Below, in pieces: positions 33,076 to 42,786 of a stretch of DNA of 56,774 nt; position 1 is the stretch's first letter, and every line of letters begins with the position of its first letter. The stretch is from a virus (Duplodnaviria; Caudoviricetes), in IMG/VR virus record IMGVR_UViG_3300048998_000127, positions 1 through 56,774 of that record; one strand, written 5' to 3'. The position numbers and the translations under genes were made by a program. The notes under the pieces were generated by a model. That model did not search any database. It had not been told where the DNA came from and was given only the letters and a program-made list of their open reading frames with translations.

Positions 33076-34416
33076 TCAAGCCGCCCGGTCGGTGATGTCG
33101 CCACGGTGCGCTCGCCAGTCCAGCTCTACGGTGCCGGTCCGGCCGTGCCGGTTCTTCGCCACGATGAAGTGCACGGTGCCCAGGTGCTGCACGATGGTCG
33201 AGCCGTCCGGCATGGTGTCGGTGCTGGTCGGCCGGAACAGCAAGATGATGCCGTCCGCGTCCTGCTCGATCGCGCCTGACTCGCGCAGGTGCTTGGCTTC
33301 CGGAGCGCCGTCGCCCTGACGGTTGAGCTGGGCGAGCACCACCACGGGGATGTGCAGCTCCTTCGCCAGCTGTTTGAGGGCATGAGACATGGCCGCAACC
33401 TGCTCCTGGCGGTTGGGCCCGGAGGTGGTCTTCAGCAGCTGGAGGTAGTCAACTACCAGGAGTTTCAGCCCGTGACGGCGGGCGAGGGCCCGCGCGTGCG
33501 AGACGATCATGGCGACGGTGATGTTGGGCGCGTCCACCACCCACAGCGGGATGTCCTGTTCCTTGATCCAGCGGCCGTACTGGGCGGCGTCGCTCAGTAC
33601 CCGGTCCGATGGTGCGAAGGAGGTGAACTCGGACAGCTCCTCGCGCAGGGAGCGCGCCATCCAGCGGTCCATCAGTTCGTTGCGGGACATCTCCGCGCTG
33701 ACGACCAGCGTGTTGTAGCCGGACTCGGCCGCCGTCCAGGCCAGGCTGCCACCGGCCAGCGTCTTGCCGTCGCCCGGTCGCGCGCCGAACACGTACAGGC
33801 CGCCAGGTCGCAGGCCGCCACCGTTGAAGATGGCGTTGACCTCGGCCCACGGGGTGGGGATCACCTCGAAGGCGGGGCCGCCAGCCAGCTCACCCAGGTA
33901 TTCGTCCACGAAGTCGGTTACCCGAACCGCGTCGCCGTCGCCCGTGGTCTGGTTCTCGATGTCCCGCCAGGTGCGGGACGCCTGCTCCATGATGTCGTCG
34001 AAGGCGTCAGCGTCGCCCATGTCGGCCAGCTGGGTGAGCCGCTGGCCGAGTGCGCCGATGCGCCGCATGCGGGCGGCCTTGGCGACACGTTCGGCGGCCA
34101 GCGGTGCCCAGCCGGCCACCGGCATGTCCACGCACTCGCGGGTGATGATGGCGTGGCACATGCGCAGCTTGGGCCCGGACGTGGCGGCGGCCAACGCGCT
34201 GTGCATCGCCCCGACGTCCAGCGTTTCGCCGTTGGCCGCGTAGGTGCCGATCACGCGCCAGATCAGCTCACGGGCCGGGTTGGTGAAGTCCTGCGGCCCC
34301 ACGGCGCGCAGGGCGTCCGCCAGGTCGTCGGCCAGCTGCGGGTACATGGCCAGGCCCATGAGGGTGGCTTCATCGTTGTCCAGCTGCTGCTGCCTGTCGG
34401 CAGCTGCCATGGTCAC
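33076..34416 (-). CDS. dnaB: DnaB-like replicative helicase
   Basis: GARPGDGKT, SAEM, VVDYLQL, LAQLNR, LRESGAIEQDAD, AKNRHG. Confidence 0.95.
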   Translation of the reverse strand: MTMAAADRQQQLDNDEATLMGLAMYPQLADDLADALRAVGPQDFTNPARELIWRVIGTYAANGETLDVGAMHSALAAATSGPKLRMCHAIITRECVDMPVAGWAPLAAERVAKAARMRRIGALGQRLTQLADMGDADAFDDIMEQASRTWRDIENQTTGDGDAVRVTDFVDEYLGELAGGPAFEVIPTPWAEVNAIFNGGGLRPGGLYVFGARPGDGKTLAGGSLAWTAAESGYNTLVVSAEMSRNELMDRWMARSLREELSEFTSFAPSDRVLSDAAQYGRWIKEQDIPLWVVDAPNITVAMIVSHARALARRHGLKLLVVDYLQLLKTTSGPNRQEQVAAMSHALKQLAKELHIPVVVLAQLNRQGDGAPEAKHLRESGAIEQDADGIILLFRPTSTDTMPDGSTIVQHLGTVHFIVAKNRHGRTGTVELDWRAHRGDITDRAA

Positions 34417-34949
34417 GACTTGGCCCGGAACAGGTCCACGTTCTCCTCGGCCCAGGTCCGCCAGGCGGATTCGGTCCGAGACGCCATGACCACGTCCTGG
34501 TACCTGTCGCGCCATAGCGGCCGGTTGTCGTCGAAGGTGCGCTCCACCTCTTCGAGGGTGTACGGCCGGTCGCCCATGGCTCGCATGACGTCAGCGGCCA
34601 CGGGGTGCAGGTGGCAGAAGGCGCGCGCCACCTTCAGCAGCTTGCGCTGGTCCTCGATGCGCTTGTGCACGTGCGCGATCTTCACGTACCCGGTCTGGTT
34701 CAGGTTGAGCCAGCGGGCGGCGTCCATGGCCTCCTGTGGCGTCCACTGCCCATCCTCGGCGGCGAGCTGCCAGCGGTGGATGGCGGTGGCGTCGACGGCG
34801 GCCCCGGTGTCCAGGGTTTCCAGCAGGGCGGCCAGAGCTTCGTTGGGGAACGCCTCGCGCTCCGGTAGGATCGGCAGCATCGGCCGTTGGCTCCTTCGGT
34901 CGGTCTTCCCCCCGGACGTGTCAGCGTCGCGGGGGGTTTCTGTTGTCAC
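34413..34949 (-). CDS. Putative helicase loader
   Basis: Between initiator and DnaB; D..AI..W.......EA..A pattern of loader/inhibitor proteins. Confidence 0.55.
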   Translation of the reverse strand: MTTETPRDADTSGGKTDRRSQRPMLPILPEREAFPNEALAALLETLDTGAAVDATAIHRWQLAAEDGQWTPQEAMDAARWLNLNQTGYVKIAHVHKRIEDQRKLLKVARAFCHLHPVAADVMRAMGDRPYTLEEVERTFDDNRPLWRDRYQDVVMASRTESAWRTWAEENVDLFRAKS

Positions 34950-34974
34950 CCTAGCATGATCCACCACAGCCCCG

Positions 34975-36180
34975 TCAAGACGTGCCCAGCAGGTCCCGGA
35001 TAGACACGGACCGCGCCATGTTCGCGGTCGCGCCCTCCGGCAGCTGGACGATGCCCTGTGAGGTGACCACCTGCCGGCCACGGCGGCCAGCCGACCAGTT
35101 GCCCGGCTGCACGTCGGCCATCGCGCGCATCACCCAGGCCCCGCGCTTGTCCGCAGCACGACGGACCGCCGCCAGGATGTGCACCGGGTTGTTGCCGGCA
35201 GCGATGAGACCCCGGCATTCCTTGCCCACCTGGCCGATCTGGCGGTTGGACGGCTCGAAGCCGTACGAGCGGCACGCTTCCACGTACAGGCCCACCAAGG
35301 TCTTCGTCCACTCCGACGGGGTGTGCTGCTCCCGGGGCATCTGCCACGCCTCGGCGTCGAAGCGGGGGGCGTCGACGGGGGCGACACGCTTGCGCTTGCC
35401 CGTCTCCTCCGGCTCCGGCAGAAGCCAGGAGCCGGAGAGGTTCGGGACGGCCGGCACCACGGTGGCACGGACGGCGGGCAGGTTGCCCGTCTCCTCGATC
35501 AGCTCCGCCTCCAGGATCTCCAGGCCGACCGGAGCGGCAGCGACGGCGGTAGAAGGTTCTTGGGTCTGTTCATCTTTTCGGGTCAAGGGAAGTTCGTCGG
35601 AAGCTGAAGCCGTGACATCGGGTCGTGTCACGCACTCAACTTCCGACCTCGATGTCGGTGTCACGCGTTCAGCTTCCGGGGTGAACGCGCTGGCCGACGG
35701 CTCCGAATCGGCTGATGTCACGCACTCAGCTTCCGGTGCCACGCGTGCGCGCTGACGACGCTTCCGCAGTCGAGCCAGCTCCCGCTTGTGCTCCTCGCGG
35801 GCGTCGATCGGCAGCCAGCCGGCGGCACAGTCGAACTGGTCGTTGAGCCGCCAGCGCAGGGTGCCGGACGGGCCGACACCGTCGTGGATGATGCGCTTGC
35901 CGTCTTCGAGGCGCTGGAGCGCGGAGCGCACGGAGCGGACGGACACGTGCGCGCGGTCAGCCAGCCACGCCTGGGAGGGGTACGCGTTGCGGCCGGTGCG
36001 GTGGTTCGCGGTGCTGGCCAGCGCGGCCAGCACGCGCTGGGCCACCTTGTCCTCCGCGCCCTTGCCGTTGAGGAGCGGCGGCAGCCGGGAGAACCAGTCC
36101 ATGGTGGACTTCCACTGCTGCCCACCGTCGGAAGGGGTAGGGATTGCGGGGCTACTGCCGTTGTCCTGGGAAGTCGTCAC
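34975..36180 (-). CDS. Replication initiator (HTH, lambda O-like organisation)
   Basis: AYPSQAWLADRAHVSVRSVRSALQRLE wHTH; internal iterons; GAGGAG RBS. Confidence 0.85.
   Translation of the reverse strand: MTTSQDNGSSPAIPTPSDGGQQWKSTMDWFSRLPPLLNGKGAEDKVAQRVLAALASTANHRTGRNAYPSQAWLADRAHVSVRSVRSALQRLEDGKRIIHDGVGPSGTLRWRLNDQFDCAAGWLPIDAREEHKRELARLRKRRQRARVAPEAECVTSADSEPSASAFTPEAERVTPTSRSEVECVTRPDVTASASDELPLTRKDEQTQEPSTAVAAAPVGLEILEAELIEETGNLPAVRATVVPAVPNLSGSWLLPEPEETGKRKRVAPVDAPRFDAEAWQMPREQHTPSEWTKTLVGLYVEACRSYGFEPSNRQIGQVGKECRGLIAAGNNPVHILAAVRRAADKRGAWVMRAMADVQPGNWSAGRRGRQVVTSQGIVQLPEGATANMARSVSIRDLLGTS
35598..35735. repeat. Four 20-bp iterons (putative origin)
   Basis: TGTCACGNNNTCARCTTCCG at 35626, 35659, 35716 and inverted at 35598-35617. 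Confidence 0.8.
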
Positions 36181-36219
36181 AGGTAGGCTCCTCTGTAGTT
36201 GGTTGGTGGTTCGTGCTTC

Positions 36220-36256
36220 GCAGCCCCGCCGGGTCGGCACCCATTGGCGGGGCTGC
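36220..36256 (-). promoter_or_regulatory. Leader hairpin upstream of the initiator
   Basis: GCAGCCCCGCC...GGCGGGGCTGC 11-bp stem. Confidence 0.45.
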
Positions 36257-36324
36257 TTCACGTTTGAGCTCAGACTAGCCGCGCTGGGCCGGCGGCGACA
36301 GGGGCTCGCCAGGCCGCGCCGACA

Positions 36325-36759
36325 TCACCAGCCGAACTCGTTCATCCCCGCCGGCACGACCCCGGTCACCTCCACGTAGCCACCTTGGTCGGTGAGCAGG
36401 ACATACCGGCGCAGGCCCGGCCCCACCCAGACGGCGGCCGGGATGGTGCTCAGCACGAAAACGCTCAGCTTGGGCACGAGCCAGCCGTTCGCCTCGGAAG
36501 CGATCCTGCGGTCGTGCACGCTGCCAGGGCCGCCGTTGTGCACGCGGGGGTGTAGGGCGAGCAGGTTCGGCAGGGTGTCGGTGTCGAGTCGGTAGGTGCC
36601 GCCCATGCCTTTGTTCCTGCGGTGGTGCGCGTCGAAGGTGTCTTGGTTGAGCGGCCAGCCGGACACCTCACAGCGACCGTGGGAACGCTCCCACAAGGCC
36701 TCCCGCAGGTTCGCCCAGTTGGGGGTGGGTCGCTTGTTGCTCACGCCGTTGACTCCCAT
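36325..36759 (-). CDS. HNH-family nuclease
   Basis: RSHGRCEVSG...HHRRNKGMGG...NLLALH...H...GWLV. Confidence 0.75.
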   Translation of the reverse strand: MGVNGVSNKRPTPNWANLREALWERSHGRCEVSGWPLNQDTFDAHHRRNKGMGGTYRLDTDTLPNLLALHPRVHNGGPGSVHDRRIASEANGWLVPKLSVFVLSTIPAAVWVGPGLRRYVLLTDQGGYVEVTGVVPAGMNEFGW

Positions 36760-36777
36760 CGTGCCGGTGTGTAGGGT
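36749..36777 (+). promoter_or_regulatory. Promoter of the recombination/early operon
   Basis: TTGACT-N17-TAGGGT. Confidence 0.6.
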
Positions 36778-36816
36778 TGACATCATGCGAGCGAGGCGGA
36801 AGGAGGTCAAGCCCAG

Positions 36817-37380
36817 ATGAGCACCGGGAGTGTGGCGGCGGAGATCGTCGCCATGCGCAACACCAGCCCCCAGCCGAGTTTCACGGAGATCGGGGAGCAC
36901 TTCAACATGAGCCGGCAGCGGGCGAACGCCCTGTACCGCCAGGCCATGAGCGGCCGACCCACGCAGGACCGGGTGGGCCGCATCGTGGAGAAGGACGACG
37001 ACGCTGTGCACATGGCCGACGTGCGCGTGGACGCCACGGTGCACGCCGCCGCCGTCGCGCGCCTGGAAGCCATGGAGCCCCAGCCGCACACGCCCAGCCG
37101 CATCCCGTTGGCGGAGCTGTGCCGGCGCATCATCGGCCAGGACCTGGACCTCAAGAGGTGGCCGCAGCTGCGGCCGTACCGGGGCACGCCGCCCGGCTCC
37201 GCCCCGGCGGAGACCCAGGTGGTGCGGTTCCGGACGGTGTGGGGCTGGTACACGGGCCGACGGGACGCCATCCACGCCCGGGGCTACTCCCTCACCGAAG
37301 TGGTGGAGAGCGGCCTTGAGGCGTTCGCCCGCTCCGGGGAGATGCCGCCGGAGCCGACCGACAGCAAGGGGACGACGTGA
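36817..37380 (+). CDS. HTH DNA-binding protein, candidate phage regulator
   Basis: SFTEIGEHFNMSRQRANALY (sigma70-r4-like HTH); RHH-like C-terminus; AAGGAGG RBS. Confidence 0.75.
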   Translation: MSTGSVAAEIVAMRNTSPQPSFTEIGEHFNMSRQRANALYRQAMSGRPTQDRVGRIVEKDDDAVHMADVRVDATVHAAAVARLEAMEPQPHTPSRIPLAELCRRIIGQDLDLKRWPQLRPYRGTPPGSAPAETQVVRFRTVWGWYTGRRDAIHARGYSLTEVVESGLEAFARSGEMPPEPTDSKGTT

Positions 37381-38681
37381 GCGACCAGGAGCCGCAGCAG
37401 CCGAGGCTGACGGCCATGCAGAAGGCGGACCAGGCGCTGGGTGGGGTGGACGAGCTGCGCGGCAATCTCGCCTACCTCACGGAGCTGCTGGCCAAGTTGC
37501 CGGACAACTCCGGGCCACTGGCGGAGAAGCTGGCCGACCTGGAGGCGCTGGTCGTCGCTGGGCAGGAACTGGGCGCGACGCCGCTGGCCATCGCCAAGGA
37601 CGGCGAGCTGATCGAGCGCGTGGCCGTCCTGGAGGAGGCGAAGGCCGACGTGGAGCACGTGACGGCCGTCGTCAACGACATGGACCAGCTCCGCCAGGGC
37701 GTCAAGAACGAGCTGGAGGTGCTACGCCCGCTGTTCGCCCGCGTGCACCAGCTGGAGGAGTGGCAGGCCGCCGCCCTGGACAAAGACGACTCCGACGGTG
37801 AAGGCCGGCTGGAGGACATGGTCAACCGGGCCCTGGCCAGGGGTCAGGCCGTCCGGGGTATCGAACACCAGCCGCGATCCGCGCCGCACGTGCTTCAGCT
37901 GATCGTGCAGCTGAAGAAGACGGTGGGCGCTATCAGCAAGGACCGCAAGGTGGATCACCGGGGCGGCAAGTACAACTTCCGGGGCGTGGACGACGCCATG
38001 GACGCTGTCGGCAACGCCTGCATCGAGGTGGGCATCGTGCCGCCCCGGGCGACCGTGGTGCACACGTCGACCAGCACCGTCACGGTTGAGGGGAAGGTCT
38101 GCAACAGCACAGTCTGCACCATGCGCTACACCTTCCAGTCCCCGGTGGACGGGTCGGAGTGGAGCACGGAGGGCATCGGCGAAGGCCGCGACTTCGCGGA
38201 CAAGTCGGTGACGAAGGCGCAGGCCGCCGCTCTCAAGTACGCCCTGTTCCACGGGCTGTGCATCCCGATCCAGGGGATGAACGTCGACGCCGAGACGGAG
38301 CATCCCGCATACGACGGCCGCCCGGTGGACCAGGGCAGCCACGAGTACCGGCAGTGGGAGAACCGCCAGGAGCAGGCGGAGCAGCGCGCATACGCGCGGC
38401 AGGCGGCCCCGATGGACGGCGAGGGTGTGCCGGACCACGATGGCGCGGCGGACGAGCGCCGGGCCCAGCAGCCGCAGCGGCAGGGCAGCCGCTTCAGCTC
38501 GAAGCTGGAGGCCGCCCAGTACTGCCTGGAGGCGGCCACCAAGTCCCCGTCGCTGGCCGCCCTGAACCAGGTGGTGGCGTACGCGAACCAGTGGGACCTG
38601 ATGGACGTTCAGCTCAACGGCACGCCCCTGGACTTCCACCTGATCGCCATCTCCAAGACGAAGCCGCCGGTGACGACGTGA
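37377..38681 (+). CDS. erf: ERF-family ssDNA-annealing protein with N-terminal coiled coil
   Basis: YNFRGVDD...GEGRDFADKSVTKAQAAALKYAL. Confidence 0.88.
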   Translation: MSDQEPQQPRLTAMQKADQALGGVDELRGNLAYLTELLAKLPDNSGPLAEKLADLEALVVAGQELGATPLAIAKDGELIERVAVLEEAKADVEHVTAVVNDMDQLRQGVKNELEVLRPLFARVHQLEEWQAAALDKDDSDGEGRLEDMVNRALARGQAVRGIEHQPRSAPHVLQLIVQLKKTVGAISKDRKVDHRGGKYNFRGVDDAMDAVGNACIEVGIVPPRATVVHTSTSTVTVEGKVCNSTVCTMRYTFQSPVDGSEWSTEGIGEGRDFADKSVTKAQAAALKYALFHGLCIPIQGMNVDAETEHPAYDGRPVDQGSHEYRQWENRQEQAEQRAYARQAAPMDGEGVPDHDGAADERRAQQPQRQGSRFSSKLEAAQYCLEAATKSPSLAALNQVVAYANQWDLMDVQLNGTPLDFHLIAISKTKPPVTT

Positions 38682-39358
38682 TCGACGCGCAGGAGATAGC
38701 CGCGCGCACCGCCGCTGCCCTGGTGCGGGCACTGGAGGAGGACGGCCACGAGTGCAGCATGGCCCACCGGGCGGAGGCGGTCGCCAACGCCGACGGTGAG
38801 CAGGTGGTGGTGTGCGGGTGCGGCTACTTCGTGGAGCTGCCCGACAACTATCTGTCGTCGGCGTTCTCGGACCTGGAGCTGGCCAACAAGCACGAGCCGG
38901 GCCAGGTCATGCCGCCCGGTTCTGACAGGCCGGCGGAGATCAGGGCGGCCGACATCGTGACGCCGGCCATCCCGCTTGTGGATCCAACCCAGATCCTGAC
39001 GCCGGACGCGCTGGCCGCCCACATCGTGGAGGCCACGAACCGGCTGGAGCGCGGAGCCGCCTTCGCCCTGGAGTGCATCCAGGTGCAGTTCGAGACGAAG
39101 CGCAAGTACACGCTGGCCAGGGCGCACGCGATCGCAGACTCGCAGGCCGGAAGCGCCGACCGCCGCGACGCCGAGGCCCTGGTCAAGTGCGAGGAGCTCT
39201 ACAACGACATGGTCCGGGCGGACATGATGGCCCGTGCGGCAAGGGAGATGCTGCACAATCTGCGGTCCATCCTGTCCGGCTACCAGTCGACTGGGCGCGC
39301 GGTCACCGCGACGTTCGAAGCCGGCGGCTCACCGTCGTCCGGCAGGCTCAACCGGTAG
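38678..39358 (+). CDS. Hypothetical protein (helical C-terminus, possibly a recombination mediator)
   Basis: GTGA overlap with ERF; CxH..CGC N-terminus. Confidence 0.65.
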   Translation: MIDAQEIAARTAAALVRALEEDGHECSMAHRAEAVANADGEQVVVCGCGYFVELPDNYLSSAFSDLELANKHEPGQVMPPGSDRPAEIRAADIVTPAIPLVDPTQILTPDALAAHIVEATNRLERGAAFALECIQVQFETKRKYTLARAHAIADSQAGSADRRDAEALVKCEELYNDMVRADMMARAAREMLHNLRSILSGYQSTGRAVTATFEAGGSPSSGRLNR

Positions 39359-39366
39359 GGGACGAG

Positions 39367-39798
39367 ATGCAGTTCAGTGTGGCCGACCTGAAGGCGGCCG
39401 TGGAAGCGGAGATCGTGGCGGGCCGTGCGGAGCACGAGCGCGCGCACGCGGAGAAGGTGGACAAGTTCCATGAGGCGGAGGCCGCCTGGGTGCAGGAGCA
39501 CGGGCAGGCGTGGCTGGACGTGCTGACGAAGCTGCGGGCCAAGCTGCGCAGCGGGAAGGCGCTGTACTGGGATGACCTGCCGGGCCGGGGCCGGTACGCC
39601 GCGCTGGCGGACCGGCGGCAGGTGCCTACCCTGGGCGAGTACCGGACGCCGTACGAGCTGGTGAACCTGCTGCACGTGCTGCGTGCGATTGGCGACGAGT
39701 TCGTCACCACGGCCGGCCTGTCGAAGGTGGGCATCACGCCGTCGGCGCTGCGGCAGGCCCTCGGTCGGCTGGGCCGGATGAACAAGGCGGTGGACTGA
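39367..39798 (+). CDS. Hypothetical protein
   Basis: MQFSVADLK. Confidence 0.7.
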   Translation: MQFSVADLKAAVEAEIVAGRAEHERAHAEKVDKFHEAEAAWVQEHGQAWLDVLTKLRAKLRSGKALYWDDLPGRGRYAALADRRQVPTLGEYRTPYELVNLLHVLRAIGDEFVTTAGLSKVGITPSALRQALGRLGRMNKAVD

Positions 39799-39800
39799 CC

Positions 39801-40202
39801 ATGGGCTGGTGCAGCGGTACGGAGATCATGGACGCGGCGCTGAAGGCCGCGCTGGCGGCGCAGAGGGCAGCGCTGGTGATCGCCCTGGACGAGGGTCACG
39901 GGTGCTGCACGGCGGAGGGCTACTACGCCGATCCGGGCAGGCAGGTACAGCTGGACAACGCGCTTCGGCCGTTCGTCTCGGCCGTGGCCGAGGTCCTGCG
40001 GGATGGGGACTGGGACTGCATCGAGGAGTCGGACTACTTCGACCGGTTCCCCCAGGAGATGCTGGGCGACGACGACCAGCAGTACGAGCAGCGGCTGATG
40101 GAGCAGTTGGCCGAAGCGGCCGAGTACGGAGACGCGGACCAGGTGCGGCGCGTGACGGAGCAGCTGGACGCGCACAAGCGGAAGGTGGAGAAGCAGGCAT
40201 GA
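39801..40202 (+). CDS. Hypothetical protein
   Basis: MGWCSGTEIMD...DWDCIEES. Confidence 0.75.
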   Translation: MGWCSGTEIMDAALKAALAAQRAALVIALDEGHGCCTAEGYYADPGRQVQLDNALRPFVSAVAEVLRDGDWDCIEESDYFDRFPQEMLGDDDQQYEQRLMEQLAEAAEYGDADQVRRVTEQLDAHKRKVEKQA

Positions 40203-40762
40203 GCGGCGGACTGAGTGTTTCGGGTGTCGGGCGGCTGGGCGGTGAGCCGGAGCTGTCCTTCACGGGGTCCGGCGCGGCTGTGGTGTCGGTGTCGGCCGCA
40301 TTCACGGTGCGCGTCCTGGACAAGGCCAGCGGGCAGTGGAAGGACAAGTCCACCACGTGGGTGCGCCTGAACATCTGGCGGCAGATGGCGGAGAACGTGG
40401 CCGCCTCGCTGTCGAAGGGCGACTCGGTTTTCGTGGAAGGCACGCTGGAGAGCCGCGAGTACGAGAAGTCCGACGGCACGAAGGGCCAGTCCTGGGAGAT
40501 CCTGGTCGACACGATCGGGCCGGACCTGCGCTTCCAGCAGGCGAAGACGGTCCGCCCGGAGCGTAACCAGGGCAGCGGCGGCTTCGACGCTCCGCCGGTC
40601 GAAGACCCGTGGACGGGGGAGCCGGCGGCGCAGCGGACGCGGCCTCCGGCCCAGCAGGGGCACGCGCGGACCGGCCAGTGGTCGAACGGCCAGCCCACCG
40701 GCCAGCAGCCGACGCCGCAGAACTACGGCGGCGGTGGCTTCGCCGATGAGCCGCCGTTCTGA
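40199..40762 (+). CDS. ssb: Single-stranded DNA-binding protein
   Basis: GRLGGEPELSFTGSG...WRQMAENVAASLSKGD; C-terminal DEPPF. Confidence 0.95.
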   Translation: MSGGLSVSGVGRLGGEPELSFTGSGAAVVSVSAAFTVRVLDKASGQWKDKSTTWVRLNIWRQMAENVAASLSKGDSVFVEGTLESREYEKSDGTKGQSWEILVDTIGPDLRFQQAKTVRPERNQGSGGFDAPPVEDPWTGEPAAQRTRPPAQQGHARTGQWSNGQPTGQQPTPQNYGGGGFADEPPF

Positions 40763-41070
40763 TGGGCGGCCACGACGAAGCGCCGGCCGAGCACGAGTTC
40801 GGCATCACGGAGGCGGAGCAGGCTGAACTGGACAACCTGTTCAGCTACCACGCTCCGCATGGCGACCAGGTGGACCGGTATGGCGTGATCCGGATGCAGG
40901 CCCGACAACTGGCCCGCGTGATCATGGCCTACTCCGTCGACAGCGAGGAGCGGCGACAGGCGCTGTTCGCTGTGCGCGCTGCGGTCATGTGGGCCAACGC
41001 GGGCATCGCCTGCAATGAGCCCCCGCCGGACGACACGATGCCGGCCGCATGGGTGGGCGGCATCCGGTGA
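40762..41070 (+). CDS. Acb2/Tad1-like helical-hairpin protein (candidate nucleotide-signal sponge)
   Basis: FSYHAP...QVDRY..IR...EERRQAL..VRAAVMWANAGIA. Confidence 0.65.
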   Translation: MGGHDEAPAEHEFGITEAEQAELDNLFSYHAPHGDQVDRYGVIRMQARQLARVIMAYSVDSEERRQALFAVRAAVMWANAGIACNEPPPDDTMPAAWVGGIR

Positions 41071-41081
41071 GCAGGCACCGT

Positions 41082-41114
41082 CGCGCTGGCCGGCATGAGG
41101 GAGTCGGCCAGCGC
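41082..41114 (+). terminator. Hairpin terminator
   Basis: CGCGCTGGCCG...CGGCCAGCGCG. Confidence 0.55.
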
Positions 41115-41202
41115 GTTCCCCGGGGCCGCCGTCATCACGGTGGCGGCCACCGGGCGGTGCCGTGGTCCCCGGTCGACGTGGTGTTGTCGCTCTTGGCCTG
41201 GC

Positions 41203-41265
41203 GGTAGACACCCACCGCGCGAGGGTGTACCGTTGACAACACAGCCCGACGACTTGGAGGCAGCA
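41203..41265 (+). promoter_or_regulatory. Partial promoter cassette C11
   Basis: TAGACA-CCCACCG..(N17)-TACCGT; GACTTGGAGG. Confidence 0.7.
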
Positions 41266-41574
41266 ATGGCCCACCACGTACAGGACCAGGCAGACATGGA
41301 TGAGGCGTACGCCAGGGAGCCGGCCGACGAAGCAGTAGTTGCCTTCGCCCAGGCACTGGCCCGGTTGGGCGTCGACCTGATTCCGGTGACCCGCGTCGAC
41401 AACCAGGGCGAGCCGTGCGAGCACTGCCAGCTCCTGGGCCGCGACATCGCCGCCACCCTCTACGGCATCCAGGACGGCCAGGAGGACAGCGCCGACTGCT
41501 GCATCCCCTGCCTGCCCGTGGTGGCCAGCGAGTTTGACCAGAACCAATCAATCCGGGTGGAGGTCGCGGCGTGA
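41266..41574 (+). CDS. Hypothetical C4 Zn-binding protein
   Basis: CEHC...CCIPC. Confidence 0.7.
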   Translation: MAHHVQDQADMDEAYAREPADEAVVAFAQALARLGVDLIPVTRVDNQGEPCEHCQLLGRDIAATLYGIQDGQEDSADCCIPCLPVVASEFDQNQSIRVEVAA

Positions 41575-41852
41575 TCACCCTGAACAGCGGCTGCATCAGC
41601 CTGGAGACCGCCCTGACCCCCGGCTTCCTTCCGGCCGCCAGGGCGGTCCACGCGCTACTGGAAGGGACGGTGTCGGCCGACGACGTGGACCACATCGTCG
41701 AACTGGCCTTGTTCGTGTCCCGCCCGTACATGCAGGCGGAGTTGCTCGCCGACCTGTCGGACAAGCTGGCCGAGGATGGCTTCGAGCAGGTATCTGCCAT
41801 CCTGGACCACACCAGCTTCGGTATGCGGGGGGCCCTCGATGGACGCGGTTGA
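41571..41852 (+). CDS. Hypothetical protein
   Basis: GTGA overlap. Confidence 0.65.
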   Translation: MITLNSGCISLETALTPGFLPAARAVHALLEGTVSADDVDHIVELALFVSRPYMQAELLADLSDKLAEDGFEQVSAILDHTSFGMRGALDGRG

Positions 41853-42786
41853 GCTGAAGCCCACCCGGCGCTGGCCAACCGAGGCCATGGCCGCCAGGTT
41901 CGAGCGCGCGGCGCAGGCGGCCAGCTTCGCCGAGTTGACCAAGGGCCTCCTGGTCAACGACGCGTTCGAGCCCCACATCGAGTTGCCGAAGTCGGGCGTG
42001 ATGGGGCCGGCACCACAGCGGCTGCTGCTTGGTGACTGGCTGGTGCGACATGGTAACGCCATGTTCGAGCGCATGACTGATGCCATCTACCGGGAGCGCT
42101 TCGAGCCGCCTGGCGACGAGCTGGTACCGCTGGCTGACATGGTCAACACACTGCCGGACCCGGTCACTTTCCGGCACCGCATCATGGCCGCCGCCCGTGA
42201 GCGCTACGCCATGCTGGTCACCAGGCAGGGCGAGGTGCGCGACGAGGCCGACACCTTCCAGGCCCAGCGCGACCTGGCCGCCGCGCGCGACACCATGAAG
42301 CAGTACGCCTCCACCTTCTCCGCTGTGCAGAAGGCCATCGGCGGCTTCCAGGCCGACCAGCTGGAGCGCCTGCCAGGCAGCGTGGAGAAGCTGACCGTGC
42401 CTGACGCCGACGGCGACATCACCGTGGCGCTGGACATGTACAACGAGCACGCCATCGATACCACGGAGTTGCAGGCCGCCGTGTGCGCGGTGGTGCTGGA
42501 TGATGTGACCCTGGACCAGATCGTCAGCGTGGTGGAGGACGCGGACAGCGAGTGCGTCCAGCGCGAATGGCTGTCCGGCATCCTGGCCCAGATGCTGATC
42601 GCAGCCCAGGCGCAGCTGGTCGCCCTGGGCAAGTTCGAACCGCAGGTGACGAAGGTCCGCGAGTTCGCGAAGGAGCAGGCCCGCACCGGTGCCGATGGAC
42701 TCGCGGCCGTGATCGTAGGCACCATCAGCACTAAGCGGAAGTCCCGTGGTGAGGCGAAGTTCAGCAGGAAGGACCCGAAGACATGA
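41839..42786 (+). CDS. Hypothetical protein
   Basis: MDAVELKPT...; high-GC3 codon usage. Confidence 0.75.
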   Translation: MDAVELKPTRRWPTEAMAARFERAAQAASFAELTKGLLVNDAFEPHIELPKSGVMGPAPQRLLLGDWLVRHGNAMFERMTDAIYRERFEPPGDELVPLADMVNTLPDPVTFRHRIMAAARERYAMLVTRQGEVRDEADTFQAQRDLAAARDTMKQYASTFSAVQKAIGGFQADQLERLPGSVEKLTVPDADGDITVALDMYNEHAIDTTELQAAVCAVVLDDVTLDQIVSVVEDADSECVQREWLSGILAQMLIAAQAQLVALGKFEPQVTKVREFAKEQARTGADGLAAVIVGTISTKRKSRGEAKFSRKDPKT

